In this document: positions 10,020 to 20,209 of the stretch, in pieces | How the letters are laid out: every line of letters starts with the position of its first letter | Position numbering within the stretch: the first letter of the stretch is position 1 | DNA from: Candidatus Methylomirabilota bacterium | GTDB lineage: Bacteria > Methylomirabilota > Methylomirabilia > Rokubacteriales > CSP1-6 | Length of the DNA stretch: 64,000 nt | Assembly (NCBI GenBank): GCA_046726415.1 | Contig: JBKPAK010000008.1 | Location: 64,766 to 128,765 of the forward strand | Direction of reading: 5' to 3' | Made by a program: the position numbers and the translations under genes | The notes under the pieces: model-generated | Databases searched by the model: none | What the model saw: only the letters and a program-made list of their open reading frames with translations | Told to the model about the DNA's origin: nothing

Positions 10020-10064
10020 GGCGAGCGTTTCGCCAGGTGAGTAGCGTTCCAAGGAGGCTTTGCG

Positions 10065-10388
10065 GTGAGTCTGTACGTGATGCTGAGTACTCTCTCGGAG
10101 TCGGGGCGCAAGGTTCTCCGGGAGCGCCCCGGCTGGATCCGCAAGGTCAATGCGGACGTCGAGCGCATGGGCGCCCGCGTGATCTCGCAGTACGCCGTGC
10201 TCGGCCCTTACGACTTCGTGACCGTCGTGGAGGCCCCCGACAACCCCACGATCTCTCGGATCTCCGTCGAGTTGGGGGCGCGCGGATCGGTACAGATGAT
10301 GACCATGGCCGCCATTCCCCTCGACGAGTTCATCGGCCGCCTCGAGGGGCGAGGCAGTGCGGCCGGCAACGCTCGAAAGAAACGGTGA
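10065..10388 (+). CDS. GYD domain protein
   Basis: YAVLGPYDFVTVVEAPD motif; AAGGAGG RBS. Confidence 0.8.
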   Translation: MSLYVMLSTLSESGRKVLRERPGWIRKVNADVERMGARVISQYAVLGPYDFVTVVEAPDNPTISRISVELGARGSVQMMTMAAIPLDEFIGRLEGRGSAAGNARKKR

Positions 10389-10390
10389 GC

Positions 10391-10888
10391 ATGACGACCC
10401 TGGCTGTGCCTGCCATGCGAGTCCTGAAGATCATCCCCGAGCGGTGCACGGGCTGTCTGCGCTGCGAGCTAGCCTGCTCCTACATGCAGACTGGAGAGTA
10501 CCAGCCGGCCAAGTCGGTGATCAGGGTGTCGCCCTTCGAGGGGCATACGTCCTACGCGCCGTACACGTGCACGCAGTGCGCTGAGGGCTGGTGCATGACG
10601 GCGTGTCCGGTGGGGGCCATCACCATCAACGCGGCCGGCGCCAAGGACGTGGTCGACGACATCTGCGTGGGCTGCAAGCTCTGCACGATCGCCTGCCCCT
10701 ACGGGACGATGTTCTACGACACCGACACTCGTAAGGCCTTCAAGTGCAACCTGTGCAACGGCGCTCCCGCGTGCGCCGAGGCCTGTCCCACGGCGGCCAT
10801 TCTCTACGAGGAGGTGGCGAACCAGGACTGGCTGGGGGATTTCGCGCGAGAGCGGTTCGAGCATGCGCTGACCCTGGAGGCCCGGTGA
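10391..10888 (+). CDS. 4x[4Fe-4S] electron-transfer subunit (AorA-like)
   Basis: CTGCLRCELAC, CTQC..GWCMTACP, CVGCKLCTIACP, KCNLCNGAPACAEACP. Confidence 0.85.
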   Translation: MTTLAVPAMRVLKIIPERCTGCLRCELACSYMQTGEYQPAKSVIRVSPFEGHTSYAPYTCTQCAEGWCMTACPVGAITINAAGAKDVVDDICVGCKLCTIACPYGTMFYDTDTRKAFKCNLCNGAPACAEACPTAAILYEEVANQDWLGDFARERFEHALTLEAR

Positions 10889-12210
10889 TGGTCCGCCATC
10901 TGATCATCGGGGGCGGCACCGTCGGCATGAACGCCATGCGCACCATTCGGGAAGAGGAACCCGAGCGCTCGGACATCACCCTGGTCAGCGCCGAGAAGCC
11001 GTACTCGCGCATGGTGCTGCCGTACTATCTCGATCGCTCCATCGCGGAATCGCACGTGTACACGGCCACCGCGAAGGTCCTGGCCGGCTGGGGTGTCAAG
11101 ACGCACGTCGGGCGCCGGGCCAGCGCTCTCGACACCACGGCCAACGTCTGCACCCTCGACGACGGCACCCGGATCGAGTACGACGACTGCCTGGTCGCCA
11201 CCGGATCCTCGGCGGTGCGAGCGCCGGTGCCGGGCGCGGATGGTCGGGGTGTGCACTCCTTCTGGACCCTCGACCAGGCCAAGGGGGTGTTGGCCGAGAT
11301 CGGGCCGGGGAGCCACGTGGTGATGGTGGGGGCTGGCTTCATCTCGTTCACCATCCTGAATTCGATCCTCGCCCTCGGCGCCACGCTCACCATCGTCGAG
11401 ATCGCGCCGCGGATCCTGCCGCGCATGGTGGATGCGGCAGGCGCGGAGCTGGTGGAGACGTGGCTGATCAAGAACGGGGTCAGCGTGCGGGCGGGCGCCG
11501 TGCTCAAAGCCATCGAGGACGCCAAGGCCAAAAAGCGGCTCCGCTTCGAGCAGGGTCCCGATCTTCTGGCCGACGTCGTGGTCATGGCCACCGGCATCAG
11601 GACCAATCTCGAGTGGCTGAAGGGATCCGGCGTCGCGATCGAGCAGGGCGTCGTCGTCGACGACCATCTCCGATCCAGTGTTCCGAATGTCTATGCCGGG
11701 GGCGATGTGGCCGAGGGGCGTGACCTCGTGACCGGCCGTCCCGCCGTGCACGCCATCGAGCCAACGGCGCAGGAGCACGGGCGCGTGGCCGGCGCCAACA
11801 TGGCGGGCCAGAGCATCGCGTACAGGGGCAGCTTGCTCATGAATATCGTGGAAGTCTGTCATCTGGACATCGCCTCGTTCGGCGCCTGGGATGACGGCGA
11901 GGCCGAGGTGTTGACTGGGCTTCGATCGGACCGTCCGGCGTATCGCAAGCTCGTGTGGCGCGGCGACCGCTTGATCGGCGCCATCATCCTCGGGCCCTCG
12001 AGCGACATCTGGACCTCCAACGACATCGGAATGCTGAAGGGACTCGTGCAATCGGGATCCCCGATCGGGCGGTTCAAGGCTCACCTGGCTCGGAATCCCT
12101 TCGACATCAAGCCGGCGTACATTGCCTCGAGGACCACTGCCATGCTGCTCCCCGAAACCGTGCTCGGGCGGCCGGCGAAGGCGCCCGCAGACACTCCGGT
12201 GGCCGTATGA
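10888..12210 (+). CDS. FAD/NAD(P)H-dependent oxidoreductase (AorC-like)
   Basis: IIGGGTVG, VATGS, VGAGFIS, YAGGDVA; TGATG overlap. Confidence 0.8.
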   Translation: MVRHLIIGGGTVGMNAMRTIREEEPERSDITLVSAEKPYSRMVLPYYLDRSIAESHVYTATAKVLAGWGVKTHVGRRASALDTTANVCTLDDGTRIEYDDCLVATGSSAVRAPVPGADGRGVHSFWTLDQAKGVLAEIGPGSHVVMVGAGFISFTILNSILALGATLTIVEIAPRILPRMVDAAGAELVETWLIKNGVSVRAGAVLKAIEDAKAKKRLRFEQGPDLLADVVVMATGIRTNLEWLKGSGVAIEQGVVVDDHLRSSVPNVYAGGDVAEGRDLVTGRPAVHAIEPTAQEHGRVAGANMAGQSIAYRGSLLMNIVEVCHLDIASFGAWDDGEAEVLTGLRSDRPAYRKLVWRGDRLIGAIILGPSSDIWTSNDIGMLKGLVQSGSPIGRFKAHLARNPFDIKPAYIASRTTAMLLPETVLGRPAKAPADTPVAV

Positions 12211-14180
12211 GTCCCACGACACGGACCGCGCGCGCGACGGCGAAGAAGCCCACGAGAACCAAGGCGGCGCCAGGCAAGGCGGCGAGGCCGCGGCCTGTCC
12301 TGCCCGGCGGCTACGCCGGGAAGATTCTCCGAGTCGACCTGGCATCCGGGCGCTGCTGGGCGGAGCCGTGGGGCCCGGCCGAGATGCGGGAACAGATCGG
12401 GGGGATCGGCCTGGGCGCCATGATCCTGTACCGCGAGACGGCCGCCAAGAATGGCAAGGGCAACGTGAGCTGGGACCATCCCGACAACCGATTGGTGCTC
12501 GCCACCGGCCCGCTGGCCGGGCTGCCCGTGTGGGGCACAGGCGGGCTCACCGTGGTCACCATCGGCGCCGGCACCAATGGGCCGACGTCGACGCAGGCCA
12601 ACGGCTTCTTCGGCACGAACATCAAGTATTGCGGGTACGACGCCATCGTCTTCCAGGGTCAATCCGAGAAGTGGGTGTACCTCTACGTCCACGACGACGT
12701 GATCGAGCTGCGCGACGCGAGCGACCTGGTCGGGCTCGATACCTGGGAGACCCAGTACCGCCTCTCTCGGCTGCACGGGCTCTCGGGTCACCAGCTCTCG
12801 GTGTACTCGATCGGGCCGGCCGGCGAGAACCTCGCCCGCTTCGCGGCCATCCAGGGGGACTTCGGCCATGTCGCCTCCAAGAATGGCGTGGGCGCGGTCA
12901 TGGGCAAGAAGAAGGTCAAGGCGGTCGCCATCGCCAAGGGCACCAAAAGCCTCCGCGCGGCCGATCCCAAGGGGGTCATCCAAGCGGCTGACGACATCGC
13001 CCACGACCTCCAGACGGACCCCTCGGCGCGCTCGCTGTACGAATACGGCACGCTGCCCGGCGTCTCGAACCTCTCCAAGATGGGCGCGCTGCCCGTCAAG
13101 AACTACACGACGAATCTCACCCTCGGGGTCGACATGAGCGAGTGGGACGCCGCCAAGCTCCGCGAGGGCTTCGACCACCGCGGGCACCAGTGCAACGCCT
13201 GCGGCATGCACCACTGCCACATGTCGGTGATCCGGAGCGGCGAGAACAAGGGCAAGATCGTCGACGAGCCGGAGTACGAGGGTTGGTCGGGCGCGGGCTG
13301 GACCATCGGGCTCACCGATCGCGATTCGATCGCGTGGCTCAACACCGAACTGGACAAGGCCTGCCTGGACGTCAACGAGTTCGGGTGGGTGTGCGGCTGG
13401 GTGATGGAGTGCCAGGAGAAGGGCTACATCACCAAGGAGCAGCTGGGCTTCGAGCTGCCCTGGGGCGATGTCAAGGGCGCGGCCCGCTTGATCCAGATGA
13501 TCTCGAAACGCGAGGGGCTCGGCGATCTCCTCGCCGAGGGTGTCAAGCGCGCCGCGGAGTCGCTCGGCAGTCCCGCCAAGGACTGTGCGATCTACATCGA
13601 GCGGGGGGCCGCGCCACGCGGCCACGACCACCGCGCCCGGTGGGAGGAGATGCTCGATACCTGCACCTCTGGCACCGCCACCATGGAAACCGGCAATCCC
13701 GTCCATCCCACGGAGCTCGGCCAGCCCGCTCGCATCAATCCCTTCGACGGCGAGCAGGTGGCGAAGTACGTGGCGAATCTGCGCGGGCGGCGGAACTTCG
13801 AGGACTCGCTGGGGATCTGCATCTTCACCATCCGCACGCGGCTCGAGAACGTCTGCCGAGCCCTCAGCGCCGCCACCGGGTGGAACTACACCGTCGAAGA
13901 AGCCATCCGCTTCGGCCGGCGCACCGCCGCCATCAACCGCACGGTGCTCCTGCGCTGCGGAATCACCCCGGCATCCGAGTACCCCTCGGCACGCTACGGC
14001 TCCACGCCCGTCGACGGGCCCGCCCAGGGGCAAGCCATCCGCGATCAGTGGGAGAAAATGCTGGACACCTGGTACGAGGTCGTTGGCTATGATCGCAAGA
14101 CCGGCAAGCCACTGCCGGCGACCCTGAAGGATCTCGGGCTCGACTGGCTCGTCGCCGAGCATTGGGGGAAGAGGGCCTAA
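12207..14180 (+). CDS. aor: Tungsten-dependent aldehyde:ferredoxin oxidoreductase, catalytic subunit
   Basis: GYAGKILRVDL, IGPAGENL, GVGAVMGKK, CNACGMHC, EPEYE, GDLLAEG. Confidence 0.85.
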   Translation: MSPTTRTARATAKKPTRTKAAPGKAARPRPVLPGGYAGKILRVDLASGRCWAEPWGPAEMREQIGGIGLGAMILYRETAAKNGKGNVSWDHPDNRLVLATGPLAGLPVWGTGGLTVVTIGAGTNGPTSTQANGFFGTNIKYCGYDAIVFQGQSEKWVYLYVHDDVIELRDASDLVGLDTWETQYRLSRLHGLSGHQLSVYSIGPAGENLARFAAIQGDFGHVASKNGVGAVMGKKKVKAVAIAKGTKSLRAADPKGVIQAADDIAHDLQTDPSARSLYEYGTLPGVSNLSKMGALPVKNYTTNLTLGVDMSEWDAAKLREGFDHRGHQCNACGMHHCHMSVIRSGENKGKIVDEPEYEGWSGAGWTIGLTDRDSIAWLNTELDKACLDVNEFGWVCGWVMECQEKGYITKEQLGFELPWGDVKGAARLIQMISKREGLGDLLAEGVKRAAESLGSPAKDCAIYIERGAAPRGHDHRARWEEMLDTCTSGTATMETGNPVHPTELGQPARINPFDGEQVAKYVANLRGRRNFEDSLGICIFTIRTRLENVCRALSAATGWNYTVEEAIRFGRRTAAINRTVLLRCGITPASEYPSARYGSTPVDGPAQGQAIRDQWEKMLDTWYEVVGYDRKTGKPLPATLKDLGLDWLVAEHWGKRA

Positions 14181-14277
14181 AGCCGCCCACCCACCGGGGC
14201 GCGAATCCCGCTTGACCCTCCGCTCAGCGGTGTGATAAGTGTCTGCCGCGCCTCACAGTCACACACCCGGGGGGAGT

Positions 14278-15162
14278 ATGCCGCAAACAATTGGATTCAT
14301 TGGCCTTGGCATCATGGGTCGCCCTATGGCCAAAAACCTCCTCAAGGCTGGCTTTCCGCTGATCGTCCATAGCCGGAGCCGGGGACCCGTCGATGAACTG
14401 GTCGAGGCGGGCGCCAAGGCTGCGCAGGCCCCGCGGGAAGTGGCCGGCCAGTGCGATGTCCTCATCACTATGCTCCCGAACTCACCGGATGTGGAACTGG
14501 TCGCCCTCGGCAAGGACGGCATCATCGAGGGCGCCCGGTCTGGCCTGATTTTCATCGACATGTCCACGATCTCGCCCATCGTGTCGCAGAAGGTGGGCGC
14601 GGCGCTCGGGGCCAAGGGCGTTCGGATGCTGGACGCGCCGGTCTCCGGAGGCGAGAAGGGCGCGATCGAGGGGGCGCTCTCCATCATGGTGGGAGGCGAC
14701 CAGGCGGTCTTCGACGCGGTGCTGCCCATCCTCAAGGCGATGGGGAAGACCATCACCCTGCTCGGTCCGCTCGGCTTCGGCGGATTCACCAAACTGGCCA
14801 ACCAGATCATCGTGGCCATGAACCTCACGGCCCTGGGCGAGGCGCTGACCTTGGCCCGCAAGGCGGGACTTGATCGAGAGCTCACCCTCAAGGCGCTGGC
14901 CGGTGGGCTGGCCGGGTCGCGATGTCTCGACCAGAAGGCCGCCAACTACATCGCGGGGACCTACAATCCCGGCTTCAAGATCGATCTGCACTTCAAGGAT
15001 CTCGGACTCATCATGGAGTCGGCCCGCGCCCTGGGGGTGCCGCTTCCCGCGACCGCCGTGGTGCAGGAGCTGTTCAACGCGCTGCGAGTCAAGGGGCGGG
15101 GTGGTCTCGACCATTCCGGCGTGATCACCCTCCTGGAAGATCTCGCGGGCCTGTCCGCGTGA
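14278..15162 (+). CDS. garR: 2-hydroxy-3-oxopropionate (tartronate semialdehyde) reductase
   Basis: GFIGLGIMGRPMAKNL, MLPNSPDV, KLANQIIVA, PGFKIDLHFKDL. Confidence 0.8.
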   Translation: MPQTIGFIGLGIMGRPMAKNLLKAGFPLIVHSRSRGPVDELVEAGAKAAQAPREVAGQCDVLITMLPNSPDVELVALGKDGIIEGARSGLIFIDMSTISPIVSQKVGAALGAKGVRMLDAPVSGGEKGAIEGALSIMVGGDQAVFDAVLPILKAMGKTITLLGPLGFGGFTKLANQIIVAMNLTALGEALTLARKAGLDRELTLKALAGGLAGSRCLDQKAANYIAGTYNPGFKIDLHFKDLGLIMESARALGVPLPATAVVQELFNALRVKGRGGLDHSGVITLLEDLAGLSA

Positions 15163-16202
15163 GGGCGACGGTCGACAGGCCAGGCCTCGACTCGCACGGC
15201 CGCTCCTCCAGGGTTCAAGTGCGCAGGATCCGCAAGGGAGATCTCTCGCGGACCCGCGACGTCCTCGAGCAGACATTCGCCGACTTCTTCGAGCGGCAAC
15301 TCGGCACCCGCCCGCGCCAGGCGTTTGGCGGGGCGCAGTACGTCCACCATCGGTGGCTCATGGAGCCCTGGGGTTGCTTCGTGGCCGAGGAGGATGGCGG
15401 TCGCATCCTCGGCGTGGCCCTCGCTGTCACGTGGGGCACCGTGGGGCTGATCGGTCCTATCGCGGTCCTGAGCAATCACCAGAACCAAGGGATCGGAGGG
15501 CAGCTCATCGATGCGGTCGAAGGGTTCTTCCGGGAGAACAAGACCGCGCTCCAGGGCCTGGTGACCTATCCGACGAGCCCGAAGCATCTCGCCCTCTGCC
15601 ACAAGTTCGGCTACAAACCGAAGTCCCTCATGGCGGTCATGAGCCGGACCGTCGATCGCGATCCCGCGCGGCCGCCCGTGGCCACCAAGCCGGCTCGCCC
15701 TCAGCTCACCGCGCGAAAATTCTCCACCCTCGAGGAGGCTCGCAAGAAGACGGCGCTGGCGCGGGTCAACCGCATCGCCGGTGGCATCTGCCGCGGCATG
15801 GATCTGTCCAAAGAGGTGGAGATCGTGGACGGGCTGGCCCTCGGCGACACGCTGCTCCTGGAACGCGAGCGCGATATCGTGGGCTTCGCCGTCTACCACG
15901 TGCCCGGCGTCAGCGAGGCACCGGGCGGCGCTCTCTACGTGAAGTTTCTGGCCATCGACCCGCCCGGGCGCCGCCCCGAGCACCCCGAGCAGCTCGAGCT
16001 GTTCGTGACCGCGCTGGAAGAGGTGGCGCTGGAATTGGGACTCGCGCGGGTCATTCTTCCCGTCTATCTCGCGTACTGGCTTGCCTATAGTACGCTGGTG
16101 AGGTGCGGCTACCACGTCGACTTCACTATGCTGCGGATGCAGAAAGGCAAAAGCGAGGGGTACGAGGACGAGGCGCATCTCGTCCTCGACGACTGGCGCT
16201 GA
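15159..16202 (+). CDS. Two-domain GNAT N-acetyltransferase
   Basis: GPIAVLSNHQNQGIGGQL acetyl-CoA motif; GTGA overlap; start uncertain. Confidence 0.7.
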   Translation: MRATVDRPGLDSHGRSSRVQVRRIRKGDLSRTRDVLEQTFADFFERQLGTRPRQAFGGAQYVHHRWLMEPWGCFVAEEDGGRILGVALAVTWGTVGLIGPIAVLSNHQNQGIGGQLIDAVEGFFRENKTALQGLVTYPTSPKHLALCHKFGYKPKSLMAVMSRTVDRDPARPPVATKPARPQLTARKFSTLEEARKKTALARVNRIAGGICRGMDLSKEVEIVDGLALGDTLLLERERDIVGFAVYHVPGVSEAPGGALYVKFLAIDPPGRRPEHPEQLELFVTALEEVALELGLARVILPVYLAYWLAYSTLVRCGYHVDFTMLRMQKGKSEGYEDEAHLVLDDWR

Positions 16203-16558
16203 TCCCCCGCGCGACGAGCGGCCTCCTGCTCGTCGCGATGGTGGTGGCTGGCGCGGGCGCCACCGCGCACTCGCTGCTGATCGATTCCACCCCGGCCGCC
16301 AATGCCATCGTCCCCGCGCCGCCGCGCGAACTGGTGCTTCGCTTCAACAATCGCATCGAGAAGAAGCTGTCGAAGGTGCGGCTGGTTGGCGGGAACGGCG
16401 AGCGGGTGGAGGTGCCCGTGGCGGTAACCGGACGCACCGACACGATCACCGCCGTCATGCCCGCCGTGGCCGCCGGCCCCTGGCGCGTGGAATGGCAGGT
16501 GTTGTCGACCGACGGTCACGTGGTCACCGGGGCCTTCTCGTTTCGTCTCGGCCCCTGA
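16199..16558 (+). CDS. copC: Copper resistance protein CopC
   Basis: Signal peptide then AHSLLIDSTPAAN, W..LSTDGHV; start uncertain (CTG 16199 or ATG 16238). Confidence 0.8.
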   Translation: MIPRATSGLLLVAMVVAGAGATAHSLLIDSTPAANAIVPAPPRELVLRFNNRIEKKLSKVRLVGGNGERVEVPVAVTGRTDTITAVMPAVAAGPWRVEWQVLSTDGHVVTGAFSFRLGP

Positions 16559-16893
16559 GCACCGCGTCGGGGCGGTGCCCAGTGAGATGGGCGCTCCCGA
16601 AAGACCCACATCCCCCATTCACCCAGGGGTGCGCTTCCCGCTGGACGTGGTGGCGCGCACCCGCGATAATCGCAAGCCTGAGCAGACCACGCACCGCCCC
16701 CCAGGCGTTGTCGTGATTGCGCTCGAACGCGCGTGGGAGCGCGCTCTGGGTGTGCGCCAGAGTGCATCCGCGGTCACCTCCGACCGGCGCGGTCCACTCC
16801 TTCCTACCACGCTCCTTCCCAATCATCGCGTGCGCATTCGCGACGCGACCGCCCGCCTGGCGGCGGCGTTCATCCGATAAAGGAGGGCTCACC

Positions 16894-17649
16894 GTGGTAC
16901 GACGCATTCATCATGTCGGGATCGTGGTGAAACGGCTGTCCGACGCTTACCTGTTTTATCGGGACACGCTGGGGCTCCCGCTCATCAAGGAAGCTGAGAT
17001 CGCCGACCAGGGCGTTCGCGCCGCGCTCTTGGCCGCCGGCGACAGCGAGATCGAGCTCCTCGAGCCCGCCAGTCCGCATACGGGAATCGGCCGCTTCCTG
17101 GCCAAGCGAGGCGAGGGACTCCATCACGTGTGCTTCGACGTGCCCGAATTGACCACGGCCCTTCGAGACCTGACCGCGCGGCAGGTGGCCCTGCTCGACA
17201 CCGTGCCTCGGCGTGGGCTGGCCGGGCAGATCGCCTTCCTCCACCCGAAGGCCTGCGCGGGCGTGCTCGTGGAGTTGGCCACTCCCGATCCTTCCGAGCG
17301 CGAGTGGAACGGGGTGCCGCTGCGCCTGAAACGGCTGGTGATCGGCGGCCGTGAGCCCAAGCAGACGGCCGAGGTGTTCCAGGCCCTCTTTGGCCTGTCG
17401 GAGATCGCCATGAACGGCGGGCTTCGCACCATGCTGGCGGTGGGGCGCGGCGCCCTTCTCGTCGTCCCCGCGGACGAGGTCGGGGGAACCGAGGGCATGG
17501 TCGCTCTCTCGCTGGTCGCCGAGGATTTCGCGGCCCTCACCGCCGCCTTCGACCAGAAGAAAGTGCGCTTCATCCGCGGCACCGGCGAGGTCACCGTCGA
17601 ACCGGCCTCCAGCCACGGCGTCCACTTGCACATCTCGCGCTACGAGTAG
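16894..17649 (+). CDS. mce: Methylmalonyl-CoA epimerase-like VOC protein with an extra C-terminal VOC-like domain
   Basis: IHHVGIVV, EIELLEP, FLAKRGEGLHHVCF, IAFLHPK..GVLVEL; AAAGGAGG RBS. Confidence 0.7.
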   Translation: MVRRIHHVGIVVKRLSDAYLFYRDTLGLPLIKEAEIADQGVRAALLAAGDSEIELLEPASPHTGIGRFLAKRGEGLHHVCFDVPELTTALRDLTARQVALLDTVPRRGLAGQIAFLHPKACAGVLVELATPDPSEREWNGVPLRLKRLVIGGREPKQTAEVFQALFGLSEIAMNGGLRTMLAVGRGALLVVPADEVGGTEGMVALSLVAEDFAALTAAFDQKKVRFIRGTGEVTVEPASSHGVHLHISRYE

Positions 17650-17812
17650 TCAGTTCAAAGGCGATCCCCGGCGGTCCGTGGTGGTCCGGCAGGGCAGAGT
17701 GCCCTTGTCAGACCTCCCCGTGTGCGCGAGCCCAACGCCGTGGCCGCCCTCCGCATAGCGCGGGACCGGCCTCAGCAGCATTCGGGGTGCGTATCCGGGC
17801 TGGCCGCATTCA

Positions 17813-19543
17813 TCAGAACGCATCGGAGGCGCCGGCGATGCGGTCGAGATCGAGACGGGTGTAGGAGCCGAGGCTTCGGAAGTCGAGTTCTGCGTAGTTC
17901 TTGATCCACCGCAGGGCGATCTTGACGGCGCTCCGATAGCGTTCGGCCGTTTCCTCGAAGGCGCGGCGCCCGCGCTCGTCTCTCAGGCTCGCGCGGGCGA
18001 GAGCCAGAATGTCCTCACACTCCTCCTGGAGGAGCCGTCTGACCAAGGGGAAGTCGTGCACCGCGTCCGGGCCCGCAGTTGTCTTTGCGTGATGCCGGAT
18101 GCGCTGGGCGATCTGCGCCACTGACATACGCCCCGTCGCGAGGTCTTCCATGAGCGCCGGGTGGATGCCCGGCTTGCCGGCGAGGCTGTCGATGCCCTTG
18201 GCCCCACGGCCGTTCAGCCATCCCTCCAGATACTCGACGAGCATGCGGGCGTTGCGCCGCGTCCCCTCCAGCGTGATGGGTCCCGCTGGCACCTGGATCT
18301 CGACGGGGTAGTTGTCGGGATTGGCCATGGCCGCCGTGGGCCTCCAGCCGGAGGCCTGCCGGCGCTTGAAGGGCTCAGCCGCCGTCTTCATGTGGAAGAT
18401 GTGGGCGACCCAGGCGCGGATGAATCCCTGCTCGGCCTCCCACTCCTTGTCCTGGCGGATGGCCTCGGCCGCGACGCGATTGACCTCGGGATCGGGATTC
18501 GGTAACGCGGTGGCCATGCCGCCGATGGGCACGGCGCCACGCTTCAGACAAATGGCGACCAGCCGCCGGAAGATGTTGGCGAGGAATGGCGTCGTCTTGA
18601 TGTCGACTCCAAAACGGTCGGGCCACACAGACATCGGGTCGGCCATGACGAACTCAAATATGCTGGCCTTGAGGTCCCATCGCGCCGCGTTGAGGCCGGC
18701 CGCATACGGACCCAGCTCGTACAGCATTTCCTCCATCGCGTACACCGCGGGCAGCGACTCGACCAGATGGATCCCGCGGATGGTGGCATTCCGCAGCACG
18801 GGCAGAGCTTCACGGCTGGCGTCGAAGAGGTCGCGATACCAGCGCGCCTCCGCCGCCGACTCCAGCTTGGGGAGATAAAAGTAGATGCCCTGACCGCGAT
18901 CGGCCTGCGCCCGTCCCGCATAGAAGAGGGTCAGGGCGCTGCCGAGAATGGCCGCCGGCACCGGGTGGCCGTCGATGGTCACGTCGGGCTCGTCGAGGTG
19001 GAGCCCGCGCTCGCGGTGCATGAAGAACGGCAGCTCGCCCTCGGCGATCCGGTACTCGCGATTGCGCTCCCGGTCGGTGTAGGTCAGCTCGCGGTTCACC
19101 GCGGCCAGCCGATAGTGCGCGGCGCGCACGGTGTCGATGAGGCGGTGACCCCCGGAGTCCTCGTCGTCGTCCAGATCGCCTTCCGCGCGCTCGCCCTCCG
19201 GGCCGGGGTTGAGCGCGTTGATGAACATGTTCGGGATCGAGCAGGGCCCGGAGATCTCGATGCCGGCCTTGCGCAGCTCAGCCGGGACGTCCGGAACCCT
19301 CCAGCCGCCGGTGTTGATCTCGCTCATGGGAGGATGAGCAGGCGGCGCGCCCTGGTGGAGCGCGCGCTGGAGCGCCTCCGCGCGCTGGCCGCGCAGGGCA
19401 CGAGCGCGCGGGGTCAGCCGCTCGTGCAGGCCCACGAGATAGTCGCAGAAGGCTGATGTGAAGAGCTGGGCCGCGCCCTCTACGGGCGCGAGCTGCACGC
19501 GGGCCACGGCCGACGTTCCGGAAGGCTGGGACACCGGGGTCAT
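17813..19543 (-). CDS. Malate synthase (divergent)
   Basis: RERGLHL, YFYLPKLES, GLNAARWD, IGGMA, LMEDLAT catalytic motifs. Confidence 0.8.
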   Translation of the reverse strand: MTPVSQPSGTSAVARVQLAPVEGAAQLFTSAFCDYLVGLHERLTPRARALRGQRAEALQRALHQGAPPAHPPMSEINTGGWRVPDVPAELRKAGIEISGPCSIPNMFINALNPGPEGERAEGDLDDDEDSGGHRLIDTVRAAHYRLAAVNRELTYTDRERNREYRIAEGELPFFMHRERGLHLDEPDVTIDGHPVPAAILGSALTLFYAGRAQADRGQGIYFYLPKLESAAEARWYRDLFDASREALPVLRNATIRGIHLVESLPAVYAMEEMLYELGPYAAGLNAARWDLKASIFEFVMADPMSVWPDRFGVDIKTTPFLANIFRRLVAICLKRGAVPIGGMATALPNPDPEVNRVAAEAIRQDKEWEAEQGFIRAWVAHIFHMKTAAEPFKRRQASGWRPTAAMANPDNYPVEIQVPAGPITLEGTRRNARMLVEYLEGWLNGRGAKGIDSLAGKPGIHPALMEDLATGRMSVAQIAQRIRHHAKTTAGPDAVHDFPLVRRLLQEECEDILALARASLRDERGRRAFEETAERYRSAVKIALRWIKNYAELDFRSLGSYTRLDLDRIAGASDAF

Positions 19544-19716
19544 CCTCCGATCGTATCGAGGTCGACGGATGCGCCGCGAGTGCGGCGACGGGGGAACGCT
19601 GTCTTTTCGCATGGCGATCGAGAGGCTGTCAATGGCAGAATGCGCCAGGCGAGGCCATGGTCGATCGACGCTCCGATGCCAGGCGTCGCGGCGCCGCGAT
19701 TCGCCGCCTGCGTGGG

Positions 19717-20112
19717 ATGGCCCGCGGCCGGGCCACCCGGCGGGCACTGGCTCGCGGAGGCACCGGCCCCGCGCGCCGACTCAACGATGCGCTCGCCGGG
19801 TGGAGCGACGTCCGCATCACTCCCATGTTCGGTCGGTGGGGCTACTTCGTGCGGGGGCAGCTCTTCGCGTGCTTTCCCCTCCGGCCCCAGGAACGCGACC
19901 TGTGGGTGCGTCTACCCCTCGCCCAACAGTCTCGGGCCTTGGCCGAGGCGGGCGTGCGCCCGCATCGCCGCTTCGGGCGCCAGGGCTGGATCGAGATGGA
20001 GATCGAGACCGAGCGCGACGTGGACCGCGCCCTGCGCTGGCTTCGCCAGGCGCACAGCGCCGCGCTTGCCCAAGCGGCGCGCGCCTCCGACGAGGAGGAC
20101 CACTTCGCGTGA
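19717..20112 (+). CDS. TfoX-N / DUF5519-like small protein
   Basis: PMFGRWGYFVRGQLFA, GWI, ALRWLRQAH pattern. Confidence 0.55.
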   Translation: MARGRATRRALARGGTGPARRLNDALAGWSDVRITPMFGRWGYFVRGQLFACFPLRPQERDLWVRLPLAQQSRALAEAGVRPHRRFGRQGWIEMEIETERDVDRALRWLRQAHSAALAQAARASDEEDHFA

Positions 20113-20209
20113 GCGACCGTCAACGCCGACTGAGCGGTGAGGCGACCCGCGGCCGTCGGCCAGTGATCCAGGCCAGGGGTGCAGACGGACGTCGAGTTCG
20201 ACTGATCGC

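Noticed and set aside
17650-17812. Intergenic gap between convergent mce and malate synthase as ncRNA/tRNA
   Set aside because: No tRNA cloverleaf, T-loop or other recognisable RNA motif
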